The notes under the pieces are model-generated. The model searched no databases, was not told the DNA's origin, and was given only the letters and a program-made list of their open reading frames with translations. DNA of 64,000 nucleotides from positions 896,001-960,000 of the forward strand of contig JAYFMW010000006.1 of NCBI GenBank assembly GCA_042408215.1. Direction: 5' to 3'. The stretch is from Microcoleus sp. Its GTDB lineage: Bacteria > Cyanobacteriota > Cyanobacteriia > Cyanobacteriales > Microcoleaceae. A program made the translations under genes and the position numbers. Shown here piece after piece: positions 12,216-22,340 of this stretch (within the stretch, counting starts at the first letter, position 1; each line of letters starts with the position of its first letter).

Positions 12216-12522
12216 ATTTTGATATCATCTCTGGCGTTCGGCATCAACAACCAGGGCTGTATCGAAATCATCGGCTATCTGGTCGCTGAGCTTAGTCGAA
12301 GCGTTTGCCAAATTGGCAAGAATTTTTGCTGGATTCAACTATTTAGATGTATTTTTTGCTACATTAAATTTTTAGGTAAAACTGACAAGAACAAGCAAAG
12401 CTGGTGCAAGCTCGATCGGGGGTTGGTAATTCTCACTTTGTATCGAGATGTTGGCGGTCGCTGCTCTTGGCTCTTTGATATCATCTATCTCTCACTGATT
12501 AAATATATCCCCAAGCCTCACC

Positions 12523-13287
12523 ATGCAATCAACTTCAACACCTTCAGAGACCATCGATCGACCGTTTATCACCTGGCAGCGAATTATAGACTGGGCCCAG
12601 GAACACTACCGCTGCCGGACTTTTAGCAAAGACGAGCGGATTCCAGCCAGACCGGGACTGCTGTATTTAGTGCAGAAGGGTTCCGTGCGGCTGGTGGGCA
12701 GTGCTCAAGTCAGCGCCACTGCCAAACCAGGGTCGAAATCCACTCTCACAACTACAGAAGAAGCTTTTTTGGGCTTCGTTGGGGCCGGCCAGCCCTTTGA
12801 ACTGGTGGCCCAGTCGCCGTTTACCCTCCAAGCTTACGCCCACGCTGACCAAACTCACGTAGTGTGGATGTACTGGCACGATTTGGATAATTGGCCTCAC
12901 TTCCGCAGAGAAATTTTGGATGCGTTTCGCTACCAGCATCAGCGGAAACTCCTCTGGCTAAGCACTTTGGGACAGCGCCGGACGATCGACCGCTTGCTGG
13001 GATTTCTCACTTTGTTGATTGAAGAGTTCGGGGAACCCTATGTAAGTGAGGCCCAACCGAATGTGGTTCGCGGCTATCGGTTACCTTGGACTCTGACTCA
13101 CTCTCAAATTGGCAGTGCGATCGGCTCGACGCGGGTGACGGTGACGCGGCTGATGGGTAAGTTGCGCTCGAAAGGCTTGATTAATACTGAGGACGATAAT
13201 TTAATCTGTTTGCCGGCTAACTCCGATCGACCTTCGCCAGCCAGCAAACAGCAGAAGGCAAAAGAAGCGATCGAAGAATCTGCATAA
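12523..13287 (+). CDS. Crp/Fnr family transcriptional regulator
   Basis: C-terminal HTH LTHSQIGSAIGSTRVTVTRLMGKL and an N-terminal cNMP-binding-like region. Confidence 0.85.
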   Translation: MQSTSTPSETIDRPFITWQRIIDWAQEHYRCRTFSKDERIPARPGLLYLVQKGSVRLVGSAQVSATAKPGSKSTLTTTEEAFLGFVGAGQPFELVAQSPFTLQAYAHADQTHVVWMYWHDLDNWPHFRREILDAFRYQHQRKLLWLSTLGQRRTIDRLLGFLTLLIEEFGEPYVSEAQPNVVRGYRLPWTLTHSQIGSAIGSTRVTVTRLMGKLRSKGLINTEDDNLICLPANSDRPSPASKQQKAKEAIEESA

Positions 13288-13463
13288 AAGCCAGCGGGCG
13301 ATCGCCAATCAACAGCCGTCTTTTGTTAGTTTTTTGTCGATCGCAGCGTCTGTCCCTCGACACTGTACCATGAGTTATGTAAACTTTTGCCGTGTTTTCA
13401 GGGTGCGATCGACAATGACGATCGTCAAGGTGCATCCAGACGTTTTAACTTGCTGAGCTCCTT

Positions 13464-13581
13464 GTGACTAATGACTGCTGACTACTGACTAATGACTACT
13501 GACTGCTGACTAATAACTAATGACTAATGACTGCTGACTAATGACTAATGACTACTGACTAATGACTACTGACTAATGACT
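13464..13581. repeat. Heptameric STRR tract (TGACTAA/TGACTAC/TGACTGC)
   Basis: Direct tandem heptamers. Confidence 0.9.
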
Positions 13582-13589
13582 TCTTCTAT

Positions 13590-14258
13590 ATGACCAAGGC
13601 TCAGCAAAAATCGACCATCCCCAACAATCCGAAACGGGTAGTATTCTGCGACTTTGACGGGACGATCACCGTTGAGGAAACTTTTGTGGGAATGCTCAAG
13701 CATTTCGCGCCGGAATTATCATCGCAACTGATGCCTGAAATGTATGCTAGAAGGCTGAGTTTGCGATCGGGAGTGCGGCAGTTACTGGAGTCGATTCCCT
13801 CGGAATGTTATGGGGAAATTGTCGAATTTTCCAGGGGGAAACTGATGCGATCGGGATTGGTGGAATTGCTGGATTTTTTGGATGCTAAAGGGGTGGATTT
13901 TGTGATAGTTTCCGGCGGTCTGCGGGTCATGGTAGAAACAGTAATGGGCGATTTGGTCGATCGGGCCAGCGCTATTTATGCTGTGGAACTGGACGCGACG
14001 GGCCCTCGCTTGCAAGTAAATGCAGAGTTTGAAGGGGATACGGAATTGGTGTCTAAGGTACGAGTGATGGGGCTGTACGAGGCCGAGTCACAGGTGGCGA
14101 TCGGAGATTCGCTGACCGATTTTAACATGGCATTGCAGGCTTCGCAGGTGTTTGCGCGCGATCGGCTAGCCGAATATCTAGACGAACAGCAAAAACCTTA
14201 TATTAAATGGGATAATTTTTTTGACGTGCTGGAAAACTTGTCCCAAACATGGAACTAA
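13590..14258 (+). CDS. mtnX: HAD-IB phosphatase, MtnX-like (methionine salvage)
   Basis: DFDGTIT, IVSGG and IGDSLTD motifs. Next to mtnB. Confidence 0.8.
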   Translation: MTKAQQKSTIPNNPKRVVFCDFDGTITVEETFVGMLKHFAPELSSQLMPEMYARRLSLRSGVRQLLESIPSECYGEIVEFSRGKLMRSGLVELLDFLDAKGVDFVIVSGGLRVMVETVMGDLVDRASAIYAVELDATGPRLQVNAEFEGDTELVSKVRVMGLYEAESQVAIGDSLTDFNMALQASQVFARDRLAEYLDEQQKPYIKWDNFFDVLENLSQTWN

Positions 14259-14434
14259 AACTCAATGTAAAATGTACAGTCCAGGACGCAACTGGCATAC
14301 TGAAATCAAATTGTAGGGTGCGTCAGGCGAATTTCTAGGGCGATTATTGAGGATTTAGGGATCTGACGCACCTTACTAAGTGTAACATTTGGCTTTAGTC
14401 CTAATATAGATAAAAAGCAGAGAATTGAAGAACA

Positions 14435-15061
14435 ATGAGTGTTGATTTGAGAGCAGATTTAATTGCCGCAGCTAAACATTTTTACGATCGAGGTTGGATG
14501 GTGGGCACAGCCGGCAATCTTTCGGCCCGCCTAGACGATGGCACTTTTTGGATTACTGCTAGCGGCCGCCAAAAAGGGCAGTTAACCGATCGAGATTTTA
14601 TCAGAATGAACTTAGACGGCGCTATTGTCGAACAGCCTGTTTCCGAGAGTCGCCCTTCAGCAGAAACCAGCATTCATTTAGCTGTTTACAATAGTTTTCC
14701 AGAGGCGCAAGCTTGCTATCACGTACACTCTATCGAAGCAAATTTAGTCTCTCGCTTAACACCAGGAGATGCAGTACCTTTACCCGGTATTGAAATGCTA
14801 AAAGGTTTGGGGGTGTGGGAAGAAAACCCCCAGGTGTCGATGCCCATATTTGCAAATTATTTGTCAGTGCCGAAAATAGCTGATGAGATTTCCCAGGCCT
14901 TGGCCGTTTCGCGGCCAGCAGTACCCGCTTTGCTAATTCGCGATCACGGCGTTACAGTCTGGGCCAACTCCCCCGAAGCCGCCTACAATTACATAGAAAT
15001 TGTCGAATACATTTTTCGCTACATGGTGACAGCTAGCCAAGTGATTCTATTTGAGATTTGA
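14435..15061 (+). CDS. mtnB: Methylthioribulose-1-phosphate dehydratase
   Basis: GWMVGTAGNLS, PSAETSIH, HVHS and LLIRDHG class II aldolase motifs. Confidence 0.9.
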   Translation: MSVDLRADLIAAAKHFYDRGWMVGTAGNLSARLDDGTFWITASGRQKGQLTDRDFIRMNLDGAIVEQPVSESRPSAETSIHLAVYNSFPEAQACYHVHSIEANLVSRLTPGDAVPLPGIEMLKGLGVWEENPQVSMPIFANYLSVPKIADEISQALAVSRPAVPALLIRDHGVTVWANSPEAAYNYIEIVEYIFRYMVTASQVILFEI

Positions 15062-15091
15062 GATTTTAGACTTTAGGAAGAGGCAACAGTT

Positions 15092-16126
15092 ATGGCTAAA
15101 TATACCAGAATTCTCTCCATAGATGGAGGCGGTATTAGAGGAATTATCCCCGCGCAAGTTGCAGTTAGCATTGAAGAAAAGCTGCAACAGAAAAGTGGCA
15201 ACCCCGATGCAAGAATAGCTGACTATTTTGATTTAATCGCCGGCACAAGTGCTGGAGGGATTTTAACTTGCATTTATTTATATCCCGATGCGGAAAATCC
15301 CCACAGACCCCGGTGGTGTGCCAAAGACGCTGTTAAATTTGCGATCGATAGTGGCCGCGATGTTTTTAATAGTTCCTTTTGGCAAAAAGTCAAGTCCCTA
15401 GACGGTTTGATCGATGAAAAATATCCGAGCGATCGCTTAGATTTATTTTTGGGGGAAACTTTTAGAGATTGCAAACTCAGCGAACTGCTGAAACCTTGTT
15501 TGATTTCCAGTTACGATATCGAAAGGAGAAAAGCTCACTTTTTCAATCAAATAGATGCTAAAACAAATCCAGAAGAAGAATATTTTATCAGAGATGTAGC
15601 CAGAGCCACATCGGCAGCTCCCTCCTACTTTGAAGTTCCCAAAATCCGCTCTTTGACGAAGGAATCCTATGCTTTAATTGATGGGGTAGTATTCGCCAAC
15701 AATCCCGCACTTTGTGCTTATGCAGAAGTGAGAAGTAAATTCAGGATTCCCGACGAACGCCCCGACAAAGGCCCGACTGCAAAAGACATGGTAATCTTAT
15801 CGCTGGGGACGGGTTCAGCTCAACAAAAATATCCCTACGAAGAAGTGAAAAACTGGGGTCAATTAGAGTGGGTTCAGCCTTTGATGAATATCCTGATGAC
15901 CGGAGTTTCAGAAACGGTCAATTATCAACTAATGCAAATTTTTGATGCGATTGAAAAGCCCAATCAATATTTGAGAATTCATCCAAATTTGACCAATGAA
16001 AAACCCCTACCAATCGATGAAGCTTCCGAAGAAAATATATCGGAACTGGTGAGAATTGGCCTGGAGCAAGCAGACAAGTATAATCAGGAGTTGGATCGGT
16101 TTATTGACTTGTTGCTGGCCGAATAA
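15092..16126 (+). CDS. Patatin-like phospholipase
   Basis: DGGGIRG, GTSAGG, SAAP and DGVVFANNP (DGG-variant) motifs. Confidence 0.9.
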   Translation: MAKYTRILSIDGGGIRGIIPAQVAVSIEEKLQQKSGNPDARIADYFDLIAGTSAGGILTCIYLYPDAENPHRPRWCAKDAVKFAIDSGRDVFNSSFWQKVKSLDGLIDEKYPSDRLDLFLGETFRDCKLSELLKPCLISSYDIERRKAHFFNQIDAKTNPEEEYFIRDVARATSAAPSYFEVPKIRSLTKESYALIDGVVFANNPALCAYAEVRSKFRIPDERPDKGPTAKDMVILSLGTGSAQQKYPYEEVKNWGQLEWVQPLMNILMTGVSETVNYQLMQIFDAIEKPNQYLRIHPNLTNEKPLPIDEASEENISELVRIGLEQADKYNQELDRFIDLLLAE

Positions 16127-16141
16127 TTAGTTAGGAATACC

Positions 16142-16175
16142 CAGATCCCCGACTTCTTTAAGAAGTCGGGGATCT
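16142..16175. repeat. REP-like palindrome or possible terminator
   Basis: AGATCCCCGACTTCT-TTA-AGAAGTCGGGGATCT after the patatin stop. Confidence 0.6.
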
Positions 16176-16220
16176 AACATTAGTTAGTATGCAGCAATCT
16201 CAAATATCAAATCTAAATCG

Positions 16221-17033
16221 TTGGTTAAAAAATACCAAGAAAAGGGCGATCGGCATTTAGATGAAACCTTTAACAACAGGTGGTTTCAGCGGTTTTCTGT
16301 CACCCTGTTTCTGGGAGGCCAAGTGCTATTGCGAATCCTGAGTGGCAAAATTGACCGCCGCAAAATCATGGAGCATTTAGTAACAGTAGGGTTAGATTCT
16401 TTGCGCGCTGTACTACTAATAGCCTTCTTTGCGGGCATGATTTTTACTATTCAATCCGCCAGAGAATTGATTCGGTTTGGGGCGGTAGGTGCGGTGGGAG
16501 GTGCTTTTGCTTTGGCATTTTGCCGGGAATTAGCACCTGTTTTAACAGCGGGCGTAGTGGCGGGACAAGTGGGTTCGGCTTTTGCAGCGGAAATAGGCGA
16601 AATGCAGGTGACGGAACAAATAGACGCCCTGTATATGTTGAGAACAAATCCGGTTGATTATTTAGTAGTGCCGCGGGTGATAGCTTGCTGTGTAATGCTG
16701 CCGATTTTAACGATTTTTTCGGTGGCGGTGGGGATTGTTGGTGGGCTGTTTGTAGCGGCTATTTTTTATGGTTTGGAACCGTCGGTATTTTTGGAATCGG
16801 TGCGGACTTTTTTGGGGCCTTGGGATTTAGTAACTGTGGTGATTAAGAGTTTTATTTTTGGGTTGATAATTGCGATTGTTGGTTGCGGTTGGGGATTGAC
16901 TACGACGGGGGGAGGAAAGGGAGTAGGACAAGCTGCGACGGCGGCGGTGGTGACTTCTTGGGTGTTCATTTTTGTGGCGGATTTCTTTTTGTCGCTGTTA
17001 ATGTTTCATGAGTTGGCGATTACTAGAAGTTGA
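16221..17033 (+). CDS. mlaE: MlaE family lipid ABC transporter permease
   Basis: RELAPVLTA...GSAFAAEIGEMQVTEQIDAL...PVDYLVVPR. Confidence 0.9.
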   Translation: MVKKYQEKGDRHLDETFNNRWFQRFSVTLFLGGQVLLRILSGKIDRRKIMEHLVTVGLDSLRAVLLIAFFAGMIFTIQSARELIRFGAVGAVGGAFALAFCRELAPVLTAGVVAGQVGSAFAAEIGEMQVTEQIDALYMLRTNPVDYLVVPRVIACCVMLPILTIFSVAVGIVGGLFVAAIFYGLEPSVFLESVRTFLGPWDLVTVVIKSFIFGLIIAIVGCGWGLTTTGGGKGVGQAATAAVVTSWVFIFVADFFLSLLMFHELAITRS

Positions 17034-17052
17034 TGACATTGGCGATTGAAAT

Positions 17053-17528
17053 CAACAGGATTTTTTTAACCGCAGATGAACGCAAATAAACGCAGATAAA
17101 ATCCCATCGGCGTTCATCCGTGTTCATCGGCTGATATCTGCGGTTACCAACTCTCAACTAATTTGATTTAATCACAACAGGATTTTTTTTAACCGCAGAT
17201 GAACGCAAATAAACGCAGATAAAATCCCATCGGCGTTCATCCGTGTTCATCGGCTGATATCTGCGGTTACCAACTCTCAACTAATTTGATTTAATCACAA
17301 CAGGATTTTTTTTAACCGCAGATGAACGCAAATAAACGCAGATAAAATTGCATCGGCGTTCATCCGTGTTCATCGGCTGATATCTGCGGTTACCAACTCT
17401 CAACTAATTTGATTTAATCACAACAGGATTTTTTTCAACCGCAGATGAACGCAAATAAACGCAGATAAAATTGCATCGGCGTTCATCCGTGTTCATCCGC
17501 TAATATCTGCGGTTACAAACTCTCAACT
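17053..17528. repeat. About 123-bp tandem array (about 4 copies) of a palindromic element
   Basis: Unit AACCGCAGATGAACGCAAATAAACGCAGAT...GCGTTCATCCGTGTTCATC...ATCTGCGGTT plus an identical linker. Confidence 0.9.
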
Positions 17529-18998
17529 TGAGATTTTAGATTGGAGAAAGGAGGGCGATACACTCGAATTGCCTGAATTGGCACTTTCCCGTTAGCTTCA
17601 GGAAGGATTTCAAGAATATGTTTGGAGTTGCTTAAATTCTGAGCCAATGTGGTATAATACTCGCGGGTTGAATCTGCTATTTGTGGCGGCATATATGAGT
17701 CCACAAACATCGGTTTTACCTGCCATTTAATCTCAAATCCTTTCGGTGTTGGCTGTTTAGAATATTCATAGGAATTTTGCAGCCACCAGTTGCTCGGTTC
17801 AATGACAACGCGGCCAGAATTTGATACAAATAATTGGTCGTTTGTTCCGCTACCATCGTCACCTGTTTGTGAACCTAAAATGTCAAATTTAAACTTGCTC
17901 CCGTCGCTGTTAATTTCTGTAATTACTGCTTTCCAATCTTCGACGATTAGCGGTTTCTGACTGGATACTTGGATAATTGCCGGCCAATCGACGCCCATAG
18001 CATTACTGGGGCGGGTAATGGCATAAAGTTCAGGAAATTCTGAGGGTTTTTTGCCGTCTATGGTAATGCTAGCAGCCGTTGCTTTGTCCTGGAAGGTTTT
18101 ATCTGCGATCGCATCTATTCTATTTCCTTCAAATTCTAACCGCAATTTGCCATCTTTCCACTTGACATCGCTACCAACTGTATAAGTTTTCACTAAATCT
18201 CGATCGGGTTTTTTAGGGAAATTTGGATTGTATCGCAGGTGTGGTTTGATGAGGGCTGCTAGCAGAAAGTTTCCCCAATCGTTGAGGTGAATGTCGTCGC
18301 TCAATAGCTGTTTTGGCTGCAAGCGATTTTCTTGCAAATACCGTCTCCAAGGTTCCCGAATTTCTGCGAGTTCGCATCCGTATTTATCGGCAAGTTGAGG
18401 CAACCATTGAGTAGAATGAGTGTTGTGCCATTCGTATGCTTTGAGGGCATCAGGATCGTCGCTGCTGTTGCCTTTAGGCTGCCAGGTAATGTGGTCTGAA
18501 TGCAAGCAGTATTTCGCTAGCAGTGCGGCGGCGGATATTGGCAATTATTGCTTCGTAATCTTCATCTCCTCCGTAGACGTGGAAAATTAGCAAGTCGGGA
18601 TAAAAAGGATATAAATCGTGTTCGCTGGGACGGATTAATAGTGGGGCGGCAAATCCTCCGATCGCCCGATTCTCAATGGTCAAATCTGCATATGGAAAGC
18701 GCTTTATGATATCGTTCGCTACATCTTGCGACCATTGTTGTTTAGTGATAGATTGACCGTAAAATAGGATTCGCACTGGTTTGCGATCCGTGGGAGTGCT
18801 GGTAGCAAGCAACCCCATTGTCCTTTGAATTTGACCTCCAAAATTAGCATTGTTCTGAAGGGGAGCAGGTAAGGGAAATGGCGTATCAGCAGCTATTTGT
18901 TTGAGGGCTGGAATTAACAGGAAACTCAAACACAAACCAAGCACCCACAAGTAGGTATACTTGTTTGATTTTTGGCTATTTTTTGGGTGTTTTGCCAT
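17513..18998 (-). pseudogene. SGNH/GDSL-hydrolase-like exported protein, frameshifted at about 18503
   Basis: GQSIT, AIGG and D-x-x-H (DDIHLN) motifs are split over two overlapping ORFs. RTASEILL/SDHITW joins after a 1-nt shift. Confidence 0.7.
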
Positions 18999-19207
18999 TG
19001 TTTTTATCCTGGTCAAAATTTCAGATCTTACTGCTTGCTTCCACAAAGGTCGATCGAACTTCTATCTGAATAGTCCTGGATGCATAAACTCTATCCTCCG
19101 GGTGCTTATGGGCGCACCTTACCGCTGTTAAATCTTAAATCTCAAATCTCAAATTGATTGATCGTGACAAACAATGATATAATGATTGCAGCTCGATCGC
19201 ACATTAA

Positions 19208-19552
19208 ATGGATTACAAAACAGCCCGTAGTTTTCTGATCGATCAGGGAACCGCCCTCGAAACCAAGAAAAACCCAGACGCCTTCCTGATGCGTCTCAAA
19301 CAAGGTCAACCTCCCGTACCCGGACAGGTGACATCGATTTTATTAGCTTTAAAAATATTGTTTGAAAGCTTGCAAGAATCTCCAATGCTCGATCGGCAAT
19401 TAATCTCGGCACTGCATTTACTGTCGGTAGAAAGTTTGCAGGAATTTGAAGCCGGATTTCGCAAAGGAGTTTCTTGGCCGCCGCTGCTGAAAGAAGACTT
19501 AAATCGCATTGCGATCGCAGTTAAGAATATCTTTTCCGGTGTCTGGAAATAA
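19208..19552 (+). CDS. Conserved cyanobacterial hypothetical protein
   Basis: Clean ORF with RLKQGQPPVPGQVTSILLALK, a recognisable cyanobacterial family of unknown function. Confidence 0.7.
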   Translation: MDYKTARSFLIDQGTALETKKNPDAFLMRLKQGQPPVPGQVTSILLALKILFESLQESPMLDRQLISALHLLSVESLQEFEAGFRKGVSWPPLLKEDLNRIAIAVKNIFSGVWK

Positions 19553-19769
19553 TTAGCTTAGTGCGAGGGCGAGGCGGTTTAAACCGCTAATATACAAACC
19601 AAGTCCCAGCAGAGGGGGACTAAGAAATCAGGGAGATATTTAAGCCGGATTTAGTATGAGGAGCAATCAGCGAGATTTTTTTTCGATTCACCCCGCTTCG
19701 GGAGAGACTTGTCTCCTTTATTTACTCGGTATACTCGCGATATTTAACAAGAAAAATTGTCAAACTCTA

Positions 19770-19967
19770 CTACTCGCGAAAGCTTTCCAGCGACGCCAAA
19801 ATATCTGGTAATTCCCCCAACGTCGCCGCTACCAAAGCTTCATCTTTATAAACTCGCGATCGAACCCGGTGGCTCGGATTTGCCGCCGAGGTTTTAGAAC
19901 CTCGGAATCCCCGATTTCCGGTTTTGACTAGATCTAAATTTCTGGCTTCTGGTGTCAAGCAAAACAT
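19770..19967 (-). CDS. Small hypothetical protein
   Basis: 65-aa ORF with GAGG upstream of the ATG. Confidence 0.35.
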   Translation of the reverse strand: MFCLTPEARNLDLVKTGNRGFRGSKTSAANPSHRVRSRVYKDEALVAATLGELPDILASLESFRE

Positions 19968-20120
19968 AGTAGTATCCTCAATTAATCCTAGGGTTGCCCG
20001 GAAAATTTCTCAGCGATTGCTCGATATCTCTATTATTGCCCATAATGGTAATAGAGATGAAACCATGAAATAATTATTCACGATCGACTGGGATCAATTT
20101 AAACTACATAACAACTCTTA

Positions 20121-21335
20121 TTAATTTGTTACAGGGAGCGTCCGTTTAATCCGATCGCCCGCGACGACACAGACACCAGCCACCAAAAAGGCGATCGCCC
20201 CCACAATCGCCGTTGTCACAGCAGGAATCGCCTTGGGTGCCACAAACACCAAAGAGTACAAACTCATCCCCAGGGAAAAACCACCAAAATACAACCCTAC
20301 GCCGAATCCTCCTCGGCGCGGAGGTACCAGAGACAAAACAAAAGGAACCGCACCAGTAGTAATCAAACTATTAGTAAAAATCACAGCCAAAACAGTCACC
20401 GCCACCATCACCAAGCCCTGACTAAAAACCATCACCAACAGCAAAACCGCCGTTGCTACCAATCCACCCAACAGCGTCCGCTGGTTTCCCAAACGCACCG
20501 CAATTACCCCAGCAAGCAAAGAAGCAACAGCTAAAGCCAAGGTAAATCCGGCCATTAACAACTTAACATTAACATCCGCGATTTGAGTTTGGAAAACATG
20601 GGGTAAAATCCGTTCTCCCATCGCCCGACTTCCCCAAGCAACAGCCATTCCCGTCACCGCAATTAACCCCAGCGGCATGATAGAAACTCCCTCAGAAATT
20701 GCAGTAGCCGGCGGCAATTCCGACACCGCAGCATCAGGATTAACCGATCGCAAAAAAGCCACCGCACCCAACAATACAAACGAACCAATAGCGAAGGCAA
20801 AAGCTGGGCCCAAACTCAGAATAAAATCGCCCGCAACAGGCCTTGCCGCCCCAACCAATCCCCCCACAAGCACTAATAAACTCATGGCTTGGGGCAACTG
20901 CGTTTGACTCGCATATTGGCCCAACAGCGACACTGCGGGCGATCGAAACATCGCCATTGCGATCGCCCAAGCCACTATTACCACAGGCAAAATCCAGTAC
21001 AGAGGCGAGACTGGATTGCCGAAAATAAAAATAGCAGGAATTGTAATAAATAGCACCGACGACAAGATAACACCCACAACAATCAGCGGAAAACGAGTTC
21101 CCATCCAGTGACGCTGCTTGTCAGAAAGCCAGCCCGCCGCAGGTTCGATCGCAATTGCCAAAATATCCTCCAGAATTGTGATTCCCCTGTCGAATCCGGG
21201 CAAACCAAATCCCTCTAAAAGTTTCGGCAAATATAGTCGGTAAAGCATCCAACTCAGAGTAATTGCTCCCTGCAAAGCCGCCACGCCCCCCACTTGTCGC
21301 CACAGAATTAAAGACTGAGGTTGAGAATTTTTCAT
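20121..21335 (-). CDS. MFS transporter
   Basis: About 12 hydrophobic segments and the GWLSDK...GTRFP loop motif. Confidence 0.85.
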   Translation of the reverse strand: MKNSQPQSLILWRQVGGVAALQGAITLSWMLYRLYLPKLLEGFGLPGFDRGITILEDILAIAIEPAAGWLSDKQRHWMGTRFPLIVVGVILSSVLFITIPAIFIFGNPVSPLYWILPVVIVAWAIAMAMFRSPAVSLLGQYASQTQLPQAMSLLVLVGGLVGAARPVAGDFILSLGPAFAFAIGSFVLLGAVAFLRSVNPDAAVSELPPATAISEGVSIMPLGLIAVTGMAVAWGSRAMGERILPHVFQTQIADVNVKLLMAGFTLALAVASLLAGVIAVRLGNQRTLLGGLVATAVLLLVMVFSQGLVMVAVTVLAVIFTNSLITTGAVPFVLSLVPPRRGGFGVGLYFGGFSLGMSLYSLVFVAPKAIPAVTTAIVGAIAFLVAGVCVVAGDRIKRTLPVTN

Positions 21336-21566
21336 GTTTTTGACGGTATTGTATGCGATATTTTATGCGATATTTTATGCGATCGGCTGGGGGCGGGTCG
21401 ATCTATACTATTAGTTACCTAAAATATATCTGGTGAAACCCGCGCCTTGTATTTTGAAAGAGGTAAATGGCGATTTATCGTGGCGCGGGGGCGGGTTTAT
21501 GAGATAATTGGTCTTAGGCACTGATGGTTGGTAAAACCCGCCCCTACAAGTTATCATTCTTTAGCT

Positions 21567-21974
21567 ATGTTTTTTGTACCACATCCCCTTGTAGCACCAA
21601 CAGTTATAGCTCAAATTAGACCGACTGTCGAAAGTTTACCCGATGGAGACTACCGGTACCGAGACTCCTTTGCGATCGATCGACCTTTTAGAGAAATCCA
21701 ATTTCGCAAACAAGACAGATACATCACCGGCAGCGATTCCGACAAAGCCACGGGTAAAAGCTACTGTTTTCGGGGAATTGCCCTACACAATAACATTATT
21801 AACATCACTGTAGCCACTGAAATTTATCTCAAAACCTCGCCCACACAGCAAACCGAGTGGAAATTGGAGCCGGGAAGCCCAATTAATTTCGACAAACTTT
21901 ATCCGCTGCAAGCTGGGCCCGGATTACAATTGTACAAATGTTTGACAGCATTTTTGCCAAAATTGAAAGATTAG
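21567..21974 (+). CDS. Hypothetical protein
   Basis: Open ORF (LPDGDYRY...CFRG). Start uncertain. Confidence 0.5.
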   Translation: MFFVPHPLVAPTVIAQIRPTVESLPDGDYRYRDSFAIDRPFREIQFRKQDRYITGSDSDKATGKSYCFRGIALHNNIINITVATEIYLKTSPTQQTEWKLEPGSPINFDKLYPLQAGPGLQLYKCLTAFLPKLKD

Positions 21975-22340
21975 TCATTAGTTATTAGTCATTAGTCATT
22001 AGTCATTAGTCATTAGTCATTAGTCATTGGTCATTGGTCATTGGTCATTAGTCATTAGTCATTGGTCATTAGTCATTAGTCATTGGTCATTAGTCATTAG
22101 TCATTAGTCATTAGTCATTGGTCATTAGTCATTAGTCATTAGTCATTGGTCATTGGTCATTAGTCATGCGTAATTCGTCATTAGTCATTGGTCATTAGTC
22201 ATTGGTCATTAGTCATTAGTCATTGGTCATTAGTCATTAGTCATTGGTCATTGGTCATTAGTCATTGGTCATTAGTCATTAGTCATTGGTCATTGGTCAT
22301 TAGTCATTGGTCATTGGTCATTAGTCATTAGTCATTGGTG
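21971..22340. repeat. Long heptameric STRR tract (TAGTCAT/TGGTCAT)
   Basis: About 50 tandem heptamers. Confidence 0.95.

Noticed and set aside
15092..16126. CBASS CapV-type effector
   Set aside because: No CD-NTase or other defence genes are adjacent; the context is housekeeping.
17053..17528. Possible CRISPR array
   Set aside because: The would-be spacers are identical between units, the unit is about 123 bp, and no cas genes are present.
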